From Acutalibacteraceae bacterium (GTDB lineage: Bacteria; Bacillota; Clostridia; Oscillospirales; Acutalibacteraceae): a stretch of 64,000 nt of DNA. A program made the position numbers and the translations under genes. Below are positions 63,201 through 64,000 of this stretch, piece by piece (within the stretch, counting starts at the first letter, position 1; each line of letters begins with the position of its first letter). Where the stretch lies: contig JAZUJK010000007.1 of NCBI GenBank assembly GCA_045642705.1, positions 31,736 to 95,735 of the forward strand, in the 5' to 3' direction. The notes under the pieces are model-generated. The model was not told the DNA's origin. It made no database searches and saw nothing but the letters and a program-made list of their open reading frames with translations.

Positions 63201-63965
63201 TTAAGCAAGATAAATTGAAACTCTATCAAGAATACGGTTGATGTTGTCAAGCATGTTGATCATGCCGCTCATGTAGATGTTACCAGCGCAGAGTTCGCCC
63301 ATTGTAGAAGCTGTGCCATTAAAGAGTCCGTTTGCAAGCTCAATTGTCTTGAACTCCATGATTGCACGTGGCTTCTCGCACTTCTCTTTCTTAAGTGTGA
63401 GATGGTGATCCTTAGCTGTTACTGTTACGTAAACCTTATCTGTGATACCCATAGAGATATCACCGTCAACGATGTAAGAAGCTGAAAGCTTAGAAATCTC
63501 ATCGTTGTTACCGAGTGCGCAGATAGCGCCGCCGATTACGTACATTGTAAGGATTGTTGACTTCTCGAAGAAGTCCTTGTTCTTGAGATCCTCATCAGAA
63601 GCTCTAAGATACTTTACGAGAATATTAGTGAGCTTGGTGAAAGGACCGAGCAAGAAAGTGAGTACCTGTACAGGATTCTTTGTTGGAATACCTGGCTTAG
63701 AATTGTCAATGAGGTCATTGAACTTTTCTGGAGATGAGAAAGACATCTTGCAAGTGCATCCGTCTTCGCCCTCTGTAAATTTACAACCTTCAGTTGTGAA
63801 ATTAAGTGTGAAGCAAGGGCCATCTTTTACATCAAAGCAAAATGATACAGGATTCTTAATCTTGCTACATACTTTTTTAGCATCTGCATCCATCTCGCAA
63901 AGATTTTCGAGTGCTGCGAGAACGCCATAAGCATTAGCAAATGCCATTGCTCTTGGATCTTTCAT
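63201..63965 (-). CDS. Unassigned 254-aa protein, distant paralog of 59146-59943; first visible gene of the operon
   Basis: It has a strong RBS (AAAGGAGGAAA). Shared blocks with the 265-aa protein include MSFSSPEKFNDLI versus LAFSSMEKMNAFM, and the C-terminal ...NIYMSGMINMLDNINRIL versus ...LIMKGGPEFGVQLGDHM. The window ends 35 nt upstream. Confidence 0.35.
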   Translation of the reverse strand: MKDPRAMAFANAYGVLAALENLCEMDADAKKVCSKIKNPVSFCFDVKDGPCFTLNFTTEGCKFTEGEDGCTCKMSFSSPEKFNDLIDNSKPGIPTKNPVQVLTFLLGPFTKLTNILVKYLRASDEDLKNKDFFEKSTILTMYVIGGAICALGNNDEISKLSASYIVDGDISMGITDKVYVTVTAKDHHLTLKKEKCEKPRAIMEFKTIELANGLFNGTASTMGELCAGNIYMSGMINMLDNINRILDRVSIYLA

Positions 63966-64000
63966 GTTATTTCCTCCTTTTTAAAAAATACGCGAAAGAT

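Noticed and set aside
2342-63930. The many 60-170-aa ORFs nested inside or antisense to long genes, for example 2342-2839, 12575-13081, 29310-30101, 34566-35516, 50984-51679 and 63505-63930.
   Set aside because: Each overlaps a longer ORF that has clear family motifs and an RBS. Their sequences are compositionally biased mirror translations. I could support none as an independent gene.
1-64000. CRISPR arrays, transposases or integrases, prophage genes, toxin-antitoxin or defence-system genes, and rRNA/tRNA genes.
   Set aside because: I looked for them in all intergenic regions and among the ORF translations and found none. There are no repeat-spacer periodicity, no DDE or tyrosine-recombinase motifs and no tRNA cloverleaf candidates. 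The window looks like core chromosome, with accessory-looking metabolic operons.

Overview
This is a 64-kb chromosomal segment from an anaerobic Firmicute. The Clostridia-type assignment is inferred only from gene content: WhiA, a T-box leader, split transketolase and CODH/ACS.

I support 55 protein-coding genes. One of them (1-1264, minus strand) is missing from the ORF track because it runs off the window. I found no rRNA, tRNA, CRISPR array or mobile element. All 32 genes from 24.4 kb to the end are on the minus strand.

Gene blocks, in window order:
- (a) 1-11.3 kb: mixed housekeeping and lipid-related genes, including an orphan trpB behind a Trp-specific T-box.
- (b) 11.3-18.5 kb: a livJHMGF-type amino-acid ABC operon that continues into ynbB and an EamA transporter.
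- (c) 18.5-24.2 kb: a TetR-controlled divergent pair of operons. One encodes an FGGY kinase and an LMW phosphatase. The other encodes a GSA-aminomutase-like PLP enzyme and a tandem class II aldolase.
- (d) 24.4-31.5 kb: a siderophore/heme/corrinoid-type ABC importer extended by three unusual lipoproteins, behind an unclassified structured leader.
- (e) 31.5-34.1 kb: two tandem membrane-embedded M28 peptidase paralogs.
- (f) 34.2-46.1 kb: a compact CODH/ACS cluster in the order acsA-cooC-acsB-RACo-DUF3786-His-rich protein-cooT-cooC-acsD-acsC::acsE. The corrinoid protein large subunit is fused to the methyltransferase.
- (g) 46.2-50.0 kb: a leader-controlled EamA-pdxK-long DUF362 operon.
- (h) 50.1-59.0 kb: housekeeping genes (Na/Pi transporter, pfkA, dnaE, whiA, murB, glcK).
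- (i) 59.1-64.0 kb: an operon of a second GSA-aminomutase-like enzyme and a split transketolase, bracketed by two unassigned paralogs.

The best candidates for undescribed biology are blocks (d), (i), (c), (g) and the acsC::acsE fusion.

All family calls come from motifs I could read in the translations. No database search was run, so subfamily and substrate statements are hypotheses.
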